Below are positions 34,201-42,588 of a stretch of DNA of 43,185 nt, piece by piece. Numbering within the stretch: the stretch's first letter is position 1; every line of letters starts with the position of its first letter. The position numbers and the translations under genes are program-made. Where the stretch lies: positions 1 through 43,185 of the IMG/VR virus record IMGVR_UViG_3300005764_000033; one strand, 5' to 3'. A model generated the notes under the pieces. That model saw nothing but the letters and a program-made list of their open reading frames with translations. It did not search any database and was not told the DNA's origin. The DNA is from a virus. Its lineage: Duplodnaviria > Caudoviricetes.

Positions 34201-35537
34201 CCCAGATTGCGCAGACGTGCCGCGTAGCCTTCCGGGTCCTCACCGGGTGCCGGTGGCGGCCGTGTATCGACAGCTGCTGCTGTTTGCTGTGGTTCGTCTG
34301 CCCGCCGGGCAACCGCCCGTCGTGCGCGGTCCTGCTCACTGCGGTCACGCACATCGGGCTGGCTGAGATCGGGCGGGCCCGGTGGCCGTTCCCACGACCG
34401 TCCCAGCATGGGCGGCGGCACCGAGATGCGCGTCGCGTCATAGCGGGGATCGGCCCGTTCATAATCCTGTATGGGCAGGTCTACCAAGCGGCCCTGATCA
34501 TCGACATAGCTGACGCCGTCACCAACCGGCAGGTTGTCCCTGACCCGGGGCGTCGGCGTGCCGCCACCCTGCAGATGCACGCGACCGCCACGGCGGTATC
34601 CGCCAGCAGAGGGCGGACTGGATGCGTCGTAACGAGACCAATCCGGTGCACCTTGACTGCGCTCTGCCCATTCGCGCATACCCTGTCGACCGCGCCAATA
34701 GCCCTCGTAGCGATCACGTATCTCATCACGTCGTGCTTGGTCTTTGGCGCTGACTTCCGCTTTGTAACCAGCGGTGTCGGTGATGCGTCCTCCCTCTTGA
34801 TATCCCGTTTCGCCAATGTTAGGCGGCGGAGGTGCGGCGATCTCGCCGTAGCCTGAGCCCGGTCCCGTCGTGCCTGCACCGGCGGTGGGCACGCGCGGCG
34901 AGATGTTGGTCGGCATGATCGGTGGCGTCACTGGCGGCGACAGCGGTTGCCCTGTTTGCCCGTCTGTCGGTTGTTGATTGCGCGGCCGGTAACGATTGAT
35001 CCCACCCATGACACCACTCGCGAAGCGACCCATGGGCGACGTGTTGATTGCGCCACCTCTAGCGTAACTGTTGGCGCGCACTCGACCGCCGCGCGCCATG
35101 CCGGTGCTGCTATCATTGTCGAACCCGCCACTGGTGTCACCATCGCCCGGCGGCGCGCTCGGCGCTTGAATGTTGTCGCCGCCGCCGGTCGGAGCCGGAG
35201 CCGGAGCCGGTGGCTGCGGTGACTGCACACCAAACTCGCCATACAATCCAGCAACGGCGTCGTTAGAACCACCGGCTGCGACAGCACCGCCACGACCAGT
35301 TCCCTTTCGCCGCAAGTAATCAGCGTAGGCACCCGACTGCGTGATATACGCATCGTTCCTGCGCCGCTGCTCAGCAAGCTGGTCACGCCGCCAGTCTGCC
35401 TGCGCCCGCCAATGCGCCAATTGCGCCGCCGCTTGCTGCTTTTTGAGTTCGCGGTCCTCGGCCTTCTCCCACCAGTTGGTGCCGATGCCGAGACCCTTGA
35501 TGAAGTAGTCGGTGAAAACCCGGAGCGCCCTGCTCAT
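31293..35537 (-). CDS. Large Pro-rich internal virion protein
   Basis: 1414 aa, largely low complexity; carries several GG tags; position in the ejection-protein block. Confidence 0.7.
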   Translation of the reverse strand: MSRALRVFTDYFIKGLGIGTNWWEKAEDRELKKQQAAAQLAHWRAQADWRRDQLAEQRRRNDAYITQSGAYADYLRRKGTGRGGAVAAGGSNDAVAGLYGEFGVQSPQPPAPAPAPTGGGDNIQAPSAPPGDGDTSGGFDNDSSTGMARGGRVRANSYARGGAINTSPMGRFASGVMGGINRYRPRNQQPTDGQTGQPLSPPVTPPIMPTNISPRVPTAGAGTTGPGSGYGEIAAPPPPNIGETGYQEGGRITDTAGYKAEVSAKDQARRDEIRDRYEGYWRGRQGMREWAERSQGAPDWSRYDASSPPSAGGYRRGGRVHLQGGGTPTPRVRDNLPVGDGVSYVDDQGRLVDLPIQDYERADPRYDATRISVPPPMLGRSWERPPGPPDLSQPDVRDRSEQDRARRAVARRADEPQQTAAAVDTRPPPAPGEDPEGYAARLRNLGWRGQYTPMPGPFPPRPDAPRSVTNPPNPADFDAPSRGSYEQRRRPPLRGGGAAAGTEPDVPPQGTPQLGVGAGLAGPGVGGSEDDRLPWQKPTHLLDPSDPRYTTDDRQRAWDWAEGKDAPPKTITPQRREVRPQGGTAAATEPDVPPQTEAPPPQYTNQPAGAPPKGPTQYGPGTEGPPPRARGAGGGGGAPRQVDPRDKAFDPSKAPLDPRSGLIIDANGQIVGRLGPDGLPVREAPRTGNGAISTAPPVTSPQGGYGMNPQGSNVYGAGLSSNSATNDYNYAIQGASNHAKATYGDTPEGKLALAQGHGAATPVDVDNVFKIVDPDNKLPPHEKMIAATKAVHDFHMAKGDQKAADAASFAITQFGNQQAKQHGAEAMKALQKGDTNGAMNQLMAGYGWIPDSGTPHYDQRSNSIVVTGPDGKVGATIPVQPGTLQNLSLGMMSGQLAWDVIHSSNGAPVGSDHPQAPSNAPQAPSRAPPAAAPPVAQPQAAPAGPAASPPAATPQPSPPGSAAPMPSPQATNPPPATTPAMSPQTAATQPPPAPPPAPTPPAPTPLAATLAPPSDEFGPTQAIQITAPTTPPAAPSTPPAGPTPTAGAAAPPPPPTTQRPGGGEQRAPMPEQGGGEQKPPTQKAPEPQTPEQKAKAASDDQQQKHWDKDPYAPLPQRHSETAAPPPNIKAYDDRIAELEDGRKRIGDAIVESAARRGLISRKSNNLPSSVTNLITAKRKEFDDLIKQVEADRKTAIAKFQAEEKADREETKPIRITPTDNANLKAGYKEQREAMAKEAKTNPTGDVAGRVNASPLRYAGPNDSATIDTIATQIYAQNSHKLTPDQAYELALQATSIMPPSKDIPDPVGLNRQKGGKATKFQPIAEGQRASRVGSATYPNTLLRFGDGTSILVDAATYSRIVAQHQNNWKNYEQNKDKKSSWTPSWSTAGAALRTVAPMLPIVGPVVEAATRPRD

Positions 35538-36952
35538 GTGCGTGCTCCCTCTGACCGGAACATCGGCGGCTCAGCCATGATGGCCTGCGACACAGGCTTC
35601 TCTTCGCCCTCCGCCACCGTTTGGGTCTGCGCTTCCTTGTCGGCCTTGTTGATCAGGTTCTGGAAGAACTTCTCACCGTACCAATCGACCGTGCGCTCGG
35701 GCACGACGAACTCGCCCTCGCTCACCATGGCGTTCACGTCATCGACGTTCGCGCCGCCGCTGGGCGATGCTTCAGGCGGCACCATATGACCGCCATCCAT
35801 CGGCGACCCCGTGTCGATCGCGCCGCCCCGGGCATATCGCGGGATGCGACGACCCCTAATCCTGCCGCCTTCGGCGAGCCCACCAAAGATGCTCTTGCCA
35901 CCTGTGCTGCCGAACGGCCCGCCTGTGTAGCCACTACTGCCACTGCCAAAAGCGGCACTGCCAAGCGCCTTACCTGCCATGCTGCCAACAGCACTCCCCG
36001 CCGGACCAAGGAACGATCCGGCAATGCCACCTGCCAGACCAAGCAAAGCGCCCGCACCCGATCCCTGAGACTGAGCCTCTTGGTTGGCCTTGAAGGCGTC
36101 GAGACTTGCCCTGTAGTTGCTCAGTTGCTCATTGAAGCTGTTCGCCATCGTCGACCCCCACTGCTGCATGTAGGGGAACGCCGCCGAGTACATGCCCATG
36201 CTGGGCGAGTAGAGACCCGACGCGGTTGATGCGGCTGCGTTGGGTGCCTGTGTCTGCAGGCCAAGGGCCTGTGTCTGGATGCCTTGCTGGCTGGTCCCGT
36301 ATTGCGGCAGGAACTGCTCTTGGCCCAGTGCTTGCGCCGTGACGCCGCGCGCCTCGGTACGCGCCGCCAACCGCCCCGCCTCTCCCGCCGCTGTTGTCGC
36401 CAAGGCCCGGTTGGTCGCCGCCATGGTGTCGAGCGCACCGGTCGCCGCCGCGTTGGGCGGAAGGCCACGCGCTTCCATGTCACGAATGGCCGACGCCTTC
36501 TGCTGGTCGAGCGCCATCGCCGTGTCGGACGCCTGCTTACCGGCATACAGTTCCTCGGTCTGCGGCAGGTTACCGATCATGCGTTGGGCGTCGGCTGCCT
36601 GCGCCTCGTAGAGCGGCGTCGACAGGCGTTGCCACAACTGTGTGGCTTGCTGGCCCCAGCTACCCGCCTGATCAGCAGTCGCACCGGCTTTGTCGGACAC
36701 TGTCTTAGCAATGCTGGTGATGTCGACGCCGGTCTTCTTGGCCCAGTCCATCAGGTCCTGAGCCCACTGCATGCCTTGACCACCGATCTTGGTCATCTGG
36801 GCGATATACGAGGAGTAGTCCGGCACGGTCGGCGTCTGCTGGGTGAACTGCTCGCTACCGCCGCCACCGTTCATGATGTGCTTGTTGACAACCGGGTGCG
36901 GTGCCCATGGATCATCGAGGACATGGACGAAGCCGTCATCATGCAGGCGCAT
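35534..36952 (-). CDS. Internal virion/DNA ejection protein with tape-measure-like C-terminal domain
   Basis: GGAG RBS before ATG 36952; A/Q-rich helical body; Gly-rich hydrophobic segment GALLGLAGGIAGSFLGPAG; YARGG...DDVNAMVSEGEFVVP domain. Confidence 0.75.
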   Translation of the reverse strand: MRLHDDGFVHVLDDPWAPHPVVNKHIMNGGGGSEQFTQQTPTVPDYSSYIAQMTKIGGQGMQWAQDLMDWAKKTGVDITSIAKTVSDKAGATADQAGSWGQQATQLWQRLSTPLYEAQAADAQRMIGNLPQTEELYAGKQASDTAMALDQQKASAIRDMEARGLPPNAAATGALDTMAATNRALATTAAGEAGRLAARTEARGVTAQALGQEQFLPQYGTSQQGIQTQALGLQTQAPNAAASTASGLYSPSMGMYSAAFPYMQQWGSTMANSFNEQLSNYRASLDAFKANQEAQSQGSGAGALLGLAGGIAGSFLGPAGSAVGSMAGKALGSAAFGSGSSGYTGGPFGSTGGKSIFGGLAEGGRIRGRRIPRYARGGAIDTGSPMDGGHMVPPEASPSGGANVDDVNAMVSEGEFVVPERTVDWYGEKFFQNLINKADKEAQTQTVAEGEEKPVSQAIMAEPPMFRSEGART

Positions 36953-37400
36953 GGATCGTCTCCCCGCCCCCGCCATTGACCTTGAGGAAGCGCGTCTTGA
37001 GCTTCAGCCAAGGGCACCTGTCGCGGGTCATTGAGAATACCAGCAAATCACCCGAAGGTGTGCCGCCAAGTATGCGATGGTCGGACTGCCAACCTCCCCG
37101 CATGATCAGGCGCAGGGATCGTTGGTTCGCCGAATCGCAAGTGCACAGCATGCGGCGCACCCCAAGGTCGTTGAAGCAATAGTCGAACACCGTCCATAGC
37201 AACTGGGGACTGCACCAGCGCGAGTCTTTGCCCGCCATGTGGACGTAGCAGATCGCACCGTTGTAGTTGGTGATGATGAAGCCACCGAGGAATTCGCCGT
37301 TGACGACACGGACGATGCACCGATCGACATCGACGTCAAAGCCGGTGCGGGCCGCCCGGGCGATCAAGCCAGCTTGGAAGCGGTCCCCTATGACAATCAT
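36939..37400 (-). CDS. GNAT-family acetyltransferase-like protein
   Basis: VFDYCFNDLGVRRM...DSANQRSLRLIMRGGW matches a RimJ/RimL-type GNAT; ATGA overlap start. Confidence 0.8.
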   Translation of the reverse strand: MIVIGDRFQAGLIARAARTGFDVDVDRCIVRVVNGEFLGGFIITNYNGAICYVHMAGKDSRWCSPQLLWTVFDYCFNDLGVRRMLCTCDSANQRSLRLIMRGGWQSDHRILGGTPSGDLLVFSMTRDRCPWLKLKTRFLKVNGGGGETIHAPA

Positions 37401-37654
37401 GTCAGCGTCCCCACCTTCAACCACTTGCCATGGAGCGCGACGTTGAGAGTGAAGTTGGTGCCCAGCGTGCACAGCCAAAGCCTGCCGTCGCGGTCGGCGT
37501 CAGGCGTGGTATCCTGCACGTAGATGCCCGCCATGCGCACGCCCACGCTGACACCGACGATCTGGTCCACACTTTCCTTCAAGCGCATGCAGCACTGTTG
37601 CAGACTGTTGAGATCAGGTTGCGGGATGGGGATTTGGGCGTAATGGGCGGTCAT
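37397..37654 (-). CDS. Small tail-associated protein
   Basis: TGATG coupling after the tail stabilisation gene; short coiled coil plus DGRLW beta motif. Confidence 0.65.
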   Translation of the reverse strand: MTAHYAQIPIPQPDLNSLQQCCMRLKESVDQIVGVSVGVRMAGIYVQDTTPDADRDGRLWLCTLGTNFTLNVALHGKWLKVGTLT

Positions 37655-39597
37655 CAGACTTGCCTCAGTTCATGAGCCGTCTGAGCGCAATGGATGGCGT
37701 TCACCACCACCTCGCCTTCTACCTCGAACTGGTAATACTGCGCCTTGAAGCCAGACGGCAGACGAAACATCTGGCCCGACTTCGTCATCGCTTCCTGAAA
37801 ACGCAGCGGCAGCCCGCTGTCTGCTGCTTGGGCTTGGTCGCCAGCAAACACGCGGAAGTACGATGGCGCGGTCGGCGGCGTGCTTAGGGGCGGCGTCCAG
37901 TAGACCTTGGCGGCACCGAGGTTCTGCAGGTAGGGCAGGGTGAAAATCTTGGAGCGCCAGCGATAGCGGGCGTACGGCACGATGATGCGCAGATCGACGA
38001 GATAGATCACGCCGTCGCGCAGCACCATCGTCTCGCCGTTGTACTCGTCCTGCATCAGGTTGATGACTTCGGCCGGGGCCGGGTTGAGCACCGTGACGCC
38101 CAGCCGTTGATCAGCCAGCGAGATGAACGCGCCGGGCCGCGTGCCGTAATGGCTGACGACTTGGAAGGCCGGTTTGGTTGGCTGGGTGTTGATGTTCTGG
38201 AACGTGTCCTCTTGGAACACGCCTGCGATCGGCCCGGAGTAGGCGTAATAGCCTTGAGAGATCATCGTCGCGATGATCGTGTCGAGGTTGAGAATGCCGT
38301 ACCACTGGTCCTTGAGCATCAACTGTGCGGTAAGGTTCACCGCACCGGCTGGCGTGATGTTGATCAGGCCATTGGGCGAACTGTAAAGCACGCCATTGGG
38401 CGTATTGACGATCGAGAGCCGCGACGTGCACGGCTCCAATGGCTGTATCTTGGCAAGGCTCATGGCCGAGGGATGGACGCCCGTCGCCGCGAACGGCTGG
38501 CCCTGACACAGGATGATCAGCGACTGGTTATAGACGCCGAGGCCGACGATGTTGCCTTCGACCGCGATGACATAGCTGACCGGCCATGCATGCGGATTGT
38601 AAGGCTCGCAGAACCACACCTCGTTGAAGCGCCAGCCCGCCAGCATGCCGTTGGGCATGCCGACGATGCCCTGCAGATCGGCAGGAGGCGGGAACCAAGT
38701 GACCGTCTTGAGTTGCTCGTTGTTGACCAACTTGGCGTCGGTCAGCACCGCATGGTCGTCGGTGTAGCTGAGCGTCGCGATCGGTATCTCGGCGACGAAG
38801 TAAAACGTCGGGATGCCCTGCGCGCTGACAATGGTGCGATAGATGCGCGTCTTGGTGAGTTGCCGGTTCGCCGTGTCGCCGGTCAGCGGGGCCGTCATGG
38901 TGACGGCACATGAGGCGTCACTCTTCATCGACAGTGTGATCGACGGCGGGCTGGGCGGCCCCTCCTCGCCCTGCGCCGTGACCCACGTATAGACATAGGC
39001 GACCGTCACGTTAGTCGTGCTGACGCCGCCGGTCGGCGTCACGACCGGTGCCGTCTCGGGCGGCGGCACGCCCAGCTTCAACGGTGTCGGCTGCACGACC
39101 CAGTAGGTCGCGTTGGGCGGCGCTTGGTTGGTGTTGCCGAGGATGCAGGTGTAGTTGATGCCGCCTTGCGTCACGCCGTCCTGAATGAGGTACGCCGTCG
39201 TGCTGCTCCACGCCCCCTTCGGATTGGGGTTCATCTCCTTGATCATCGTGCCAGTCAGCATTTTGGGATACTGGCCATCGGCCCAATAAAACCGGCCGTC
39301 GTCGTCCTGCCCCGGCGTCGGGCTGCGCACGACGCGCACGTTGGCATTCTCGAACTCCACCCAATAGCTGTTGATCATGTAATCGATGCTGGCCGCGCCG
39401 ATGGGCATGCGGAACCACGACGTCGCCGCCGGGTTTTGCATCGTATGCAAGGGCGTCAAGGTGTGAAGCGGCTCGATACGGCCTGAGAACAGCCACGCAT
39501 TGACCGCGTCAGTCGCGGCGTTGTCAGGCAACAGACGATCGTCGACCGCCGGTATCTCACCGCCGAACGTCGTGATGGCAATGGGAGGGACCGGCAT
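37654..39597 (-). CDS. Tail stabilisation/nozzle protein (P22 gp10-like)
   Basis: N-terminal FGGEIP...LLPDNAA, YVYTWVT..GEEGPPS, FCEPY.PHAWP, YRWRSKIF segments recalled from podovirus tail proteins. Confidence 0.75.
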   Translation of the reverse strand: MPVPPIAITTFGGEIPAVDDRLLPDNAATDAVNAWLFSGRIEPLHTLTPLHTMQNPAATSWFRMPIGAASIDYMINSYWVEFENANVRVVRSPTPGQDDDGRFYWADGQYPKMLTGTMIKEMNPNPKGAWSSTTAYLIQDGVTQGGINYTCILGNTNQAPPNATYWVVQPTPLKLGVPPPETAPVVTPTGGVSTTNVTVAYVYTWVTAQGEEGPPSPPSITLSMKSDASCAVTMTAPLTGDTANRQLTKTRIYRTIVSAQGIPTFYFVAEIPIATLSYTDDHAVLTDAKLVNNEQLKTVTWFPPPADLQGIVGMPNGMLAGWRFNEVWFCEPYNPHAWPVSYVIAVEGNIVGLGVYNQSLIILCQGQPFAATGVHPSAMSLAKIQPLEPCTSRLSIVNTPNGVLYSSPNGLINITPAGAVNLTAQLMLKDQWYGILNLDTIIATMISQGYYAYSGPIAGVFQEDTFQNINTQPTKPAFQVVSHYGTRPGAFISLADQRLGVTVLNPAPAEVINLMQDEYNGETMVLRDGVIYLVDLRIIVPYARYRWRSKIFTLPYLQNLGAAKVYWTPPLSTPPTAPSYFRVFAGDQAQAADSGLPLRFQEAMTKSGQMFRLPSGFKAQYYQFEVEGEVVVNAIHCAQTAHELRQV

Positions 39598-39600
39598 CGC

Positions 39601-40356
39601 TCATGTCCTGATGATGAAGTTGACAGCGGCTGTCGGCTGCACCGTCGCGATCGTCCCCGTGGCGTAACCTGCGTTGTTGTAGACGGTCCACGAACCGTGG
39701 GTCGACAGGGCTTCGCCGCCCGTGTTGAACCAGCCATCGACGTAGTGGGTGTGAGAGCCATGGGCCACATCGCCGCCGCCGACAATGCCGCCATACAGAC
39801 TCTGATTGCCGCCATCGGTGGTCATATAGACATGAACCGACTGCGTACCGGTCGTGTAGCCACCTTCAATACTCACGCCGATGGCCATCTGCGGGATGGT
39901 CGCTGTCGTACTCTGTGCGCCACCCGTCGCTGCCAAGGCATTGAAGCCAGTCAAGCGGCCTGCCCCGGCGTCGATACCGGCCGCCGTACGCCCGCGCATG
40001 TCGGGCACGCAGAAGTGCAGGTTGTCGACCGTGCCAGTGTTCCACGTCGTGCTGATCGCAGCGAACAAGTTAGGATAGTCGGAGCGCAGTACCTGTCGGC
40101 CATCGCACAACAGCCAACCTCCCGGCACGGTCGCCCCGGCAAACGGCAGCATGATCCCGGCCGGAAGAACGTTGCTGAACGGCATATCGGTGATCGGTCC
40201 CGGCCCCGCGCCTTCGGCGCGGCCGAGAATGACGCCACCCGCCACCGCATCCGTCGTCAGGTTGTGGTCGTCGTTCCAGTTCGACGGCTTGACCAGCGTG
40301 ACATCGGTGCCATCCGCCTTGGCTGACTGGAACTTGTGCTTGGTGCTCAGCGTCAT
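39601..40356 (-). CDS. Tail fibre protein with tail-collar domain
   Basis: PAGIMLPFAG...PGGWLLCDG....RSDYPNLFAAI....VPDMRGR; terminal QPTAAVNFIIRT; TGATG start. Confidence 0.85.
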   Translation of the reverse strand: MTLSTKHKFQSAKADGTDVTLVKPSNWNDDHNLTTDAVAGGVILGRAEGAGPGPITDMPFSNVLPAGIMLPFAGATVPGGWLLCDGRQVLRSDYPNLFAAISTTWNTGTVDNLHFCVPDMRGRTAAGIDAGAGRLTGFNALAATGGAQSTTATIPQMAIGVSIEGGYTTGTQSVHVYMTTDGGNQSLYGGIVGGGDVAHGSHTHYVDGWFNTGGEALSTHGSWTVYNNAGYATGTIATVQPTAAVNFIIRT

Positions 40357-40997
40357 CAGGACCAGCCTTTCCGCCCCGTCGTGGCGAACGATTGCGGGAA
40401 CATCCAACGCTGGCCGCCATAGACATTGGCCTTCTGCCCATCAGCCCGCGCCTTGCTGCGCTCGGCGATGTAATTCTGCCGGTTCCACAGCGCGAGCTTC
40501 GGGTTGGAGTAGGTCTTAGCAGGCAGGTTCTGTAGCCGCCCCATGATGCCGAACACCAAGCAGTCGCGGTACTTGTCGACGATCCAGTTGGAGGGCGTGT
40601 CGATGTCGGGATAGTTCTGGCTCGATCGAACCACCGGTATCTTGGCGACCACGGCGTTCCACGTCGCCGCGGTCGACGGCGAGTAGGAGATCACAATGGT
40701 GCCTGGCACCATCATCGAAATGTTGCCCTGCACCCACTTGCGATCAGGGTCCTTCTGCGCCGGGTCGTAGAGCAGCATGAGCCGGTTGGGCTGGCCGTTC
40801 ACACAAGTGAACTGGTAGATGAGCACGTTCGGCGTGACCGCGATCGGCACCTCTTCGGTCCACAAGTTGGTCTTGTCGGCAAAATCCTTCCACACTTGAT
40901 AGCTAGCCTGCTGGAACACAGCATCGGTCAGCCCCGGCATGGCGACCTTGACCTCTTTGTAGATGTCCTCCCAAGGAGGGCTGGGCACTGTGGGCAT
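40356..40997 (-). CDS. Putative head-tail adaptor/tail tubular protein
   Basis: Position between adaptor-like and fibre genes; ATG 40997 (GTG 41006 alternative). Confidence 0.55.
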   Translation of the reverse strand: MPTVPSPPWEDIYKEVKVAMPGLTDAVFQQASYQVWKDFADKTNLWTEEVPIAVTPNVLIYQFTCVNGQPNRLMLLYDPAQKDPDRKWVQGNISMMVPGTIVISYSPSTAATWNAVVAKIPVVRSSQNYPDIDTPSNWIVDKYRDCLVFGIMGRLQNLPAKTYSNPKLALWNRQNYIAERSKARADGQKANVYGGQRWMFPQSFATTGRKGWS

Positions 40998-40998
40998 G

Positions 40999-41481
40999 CT
41001 AGCCACCTACCGACAGGATGGATTGCGAGAACGTCTTGAGGAACGCGAACGCACGCTGATCTTGGTTCTGCTCGTCGTCACGCGCCTGCACGAGGCCGAC
41101 GACATAGTAGATCAGGGGCGGGATGTACTGCTGCTCGACCTGCAGAGGCGCATCGAGGAAGCCGGTGCTGAACGACGGCACGATGAAGTCGACTTCGAGG
41201 AACAGGTCCGGCCGCAACCTGAACATATCGATGACGCCTTGGTTGAGCGCCGTGATGATGCTGTCGGTCGAGTAGCGATACTGGCCTGACAGGTTGTCGG
41301 TGTCCTGCACCAGCGTGCGCACCTGATTGACGATGTCGCCGACAAGCGAGACCTGCTGGGTGTTGCTGTCGTAGAACCCGACCGTCCATCCCTGCCCGTC
41401 GAACGTGTAAGTCACGCCCGAGGGTGCGGTGTAATGCTGCCCCTTGTAAGGAGCAGGCGGGAAATCCATCGGGTCAGCCAT
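40999..41481 (-). CDS. Putative head-tail adaptor with N-terminal fibre-type module
   Basis: VRTLVQD...RYSTDSIITALNQG...RLRPDLF adaptor-like pattern; N-terminal DFPPAPYKGQHYTAPSGVTY. Confidence 0.6.
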   Translation of the reverse strand: MADPMDFPPAPYKGQHYTAPSGVTYTFDGQGWTVGFYDSNTQQVSLVGDIVNQVRTLVQDTDNLSGQYRYSTDSIITALNQGVIDMFRLRPDLFLEVDFIVPSFSTGFLDAPLQVEQQYIPPLIYYVVGLVQARDDEQNQDQRAFAFLKTFSQSILSVGG

Positions 41482-41490
41482 GATCGTCTC

Positions 41491-42588
41491 CTAAGGCGAA
41501 CCGTAGAGTGACACCGCGCCGCCCGCTGCAAAGTTGCCGGTGCTCATGTAGAGGTGCAGGCCAGAAATCGCAGTAGCGACGGTATAGACGCCGTCGCTTA
41601 CAACTTGCGCATAGTAGACGTTGGTCGGGTCAACAAACCCATACTGACATGCAACATGCTTGATACGCACATCCCTGATGTTGTTGATCGACGCCTTGCC
41701 CTGAATTGGAAAGCTGCTGCTGGCACCCCAACCCGACGTATTGATGCCGCCTAGCAGGATCACGCTCGTACCGCCAGTCGACGGATAGTTAACGACGTTC
41801 GCGCCCACCGCCGAATTGTGGACCTGATAGAACGACGTATAGACGTAGTTGTTGCCGGTCAGAAGTGTCCCGGCGGCGTTGTACAGTTGCAGATCGAAGT
41901 ACACACCATTGGTCGCTGGCGTGACGTCGTACCTCAGTTCGAGGTCATTGATGTCGGCCGGGATGTTGATGAAGTCGATGGCCGCTTGTCCCGCGATTGG
42001 GACGACACGCGCGATGCGCCGCCACGATCCAACGGTGCCCGCCGCCGGTCCCGCCGCGCTGATCGGGAACGCGCCGAACCATGTCCCTGTAATGGCCGAC
42101 ACTGCGGTATTGTTGAAAGCTTGCACGTCGAAGTAGTCGGTGCCGTTGGCATCGAGTTGTACGTCAATGAACGGACAAACGGACTGATTTGCACTAGGCG
42201 AAGTGTTGTCGACGCGGACGACAGTCACTCCGTTCTTGCGCAGGTACAAACTCGAGCCCATCCCTCCGGAGGCCGAATAGGCACTGTATCCCGCCGAGAT
42301 GTGATAGCGTCCAGCCGGAGGCGTGAAGCGACCTGTCCCACCCGGCCCCGGTGAATACCATCCGCCCGCATTGCCTGATACAACAGTGCCGAACAGCAAT
42401 GTCACAGTTGCGCCAGCCGTAAGAGACGCCAGATTAGTGATAGCGTTGGCATAAAAATCGCCGACGCCTGCGCTGGTCACGGCGAGCGGCAGCCACGCGG
42501 TGTAGGTGCTCGACCACTGGTAGGTGACGCCGTTGGGCGCGGCGTAGAGTTGGCCTGCGGTGGGCGAGTTGGGGAAATCGAGCGCCAT
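41491..42588 (-). CDS. Fibre/spike-like protein with C1q-like domain
   Basis: TGATG start MALDFPNSP; GRFTPPAGRYHISA...LRKNG...LDANGTDYFDV...WFGAF C1q-like pattern; beta-rich C-terminal domain. Confidence 0.65.
   Translation of the reverse strand: MALDFPNSPTAGQLYAAPNGVTYQWSSTYTAWLPLAVTSAGVGDFYANAITNLASLTAGATVTLLFGTVVSGNAGGWYSPGPGGTGRFTPPAGRYHISAGYSAYSASGGMGSSLYLRKNGVTVVRVDNTSPSANQSVCPFIDVQLDANGTDYFDVQAFNNTAVSAITGTWFGAFPISAAGPAAGTVGSWRRIARVVPIAGQAAIDFINIPADINDLELRYDVTPATNGVYFDLQLYNAAGTLLTGNNYVYTSFYQVHNSAVGANVVNYPSTGGTSVILLGGINTSGWGASSSFPIQGKASINNIRDVRIKHVACQYGFVDPTNVYYAQVVSDGVYTVATAISGLHLYMSTGNFAAGGAVSLYGSP

Noticed and set aside
41505-41535. FAAGGAV match to the GG tag near the fibre C-terminus
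   Set aside because: Lies in a folded beta domain where the paralog has FVAGSFL; probably a structural turn, so not counted
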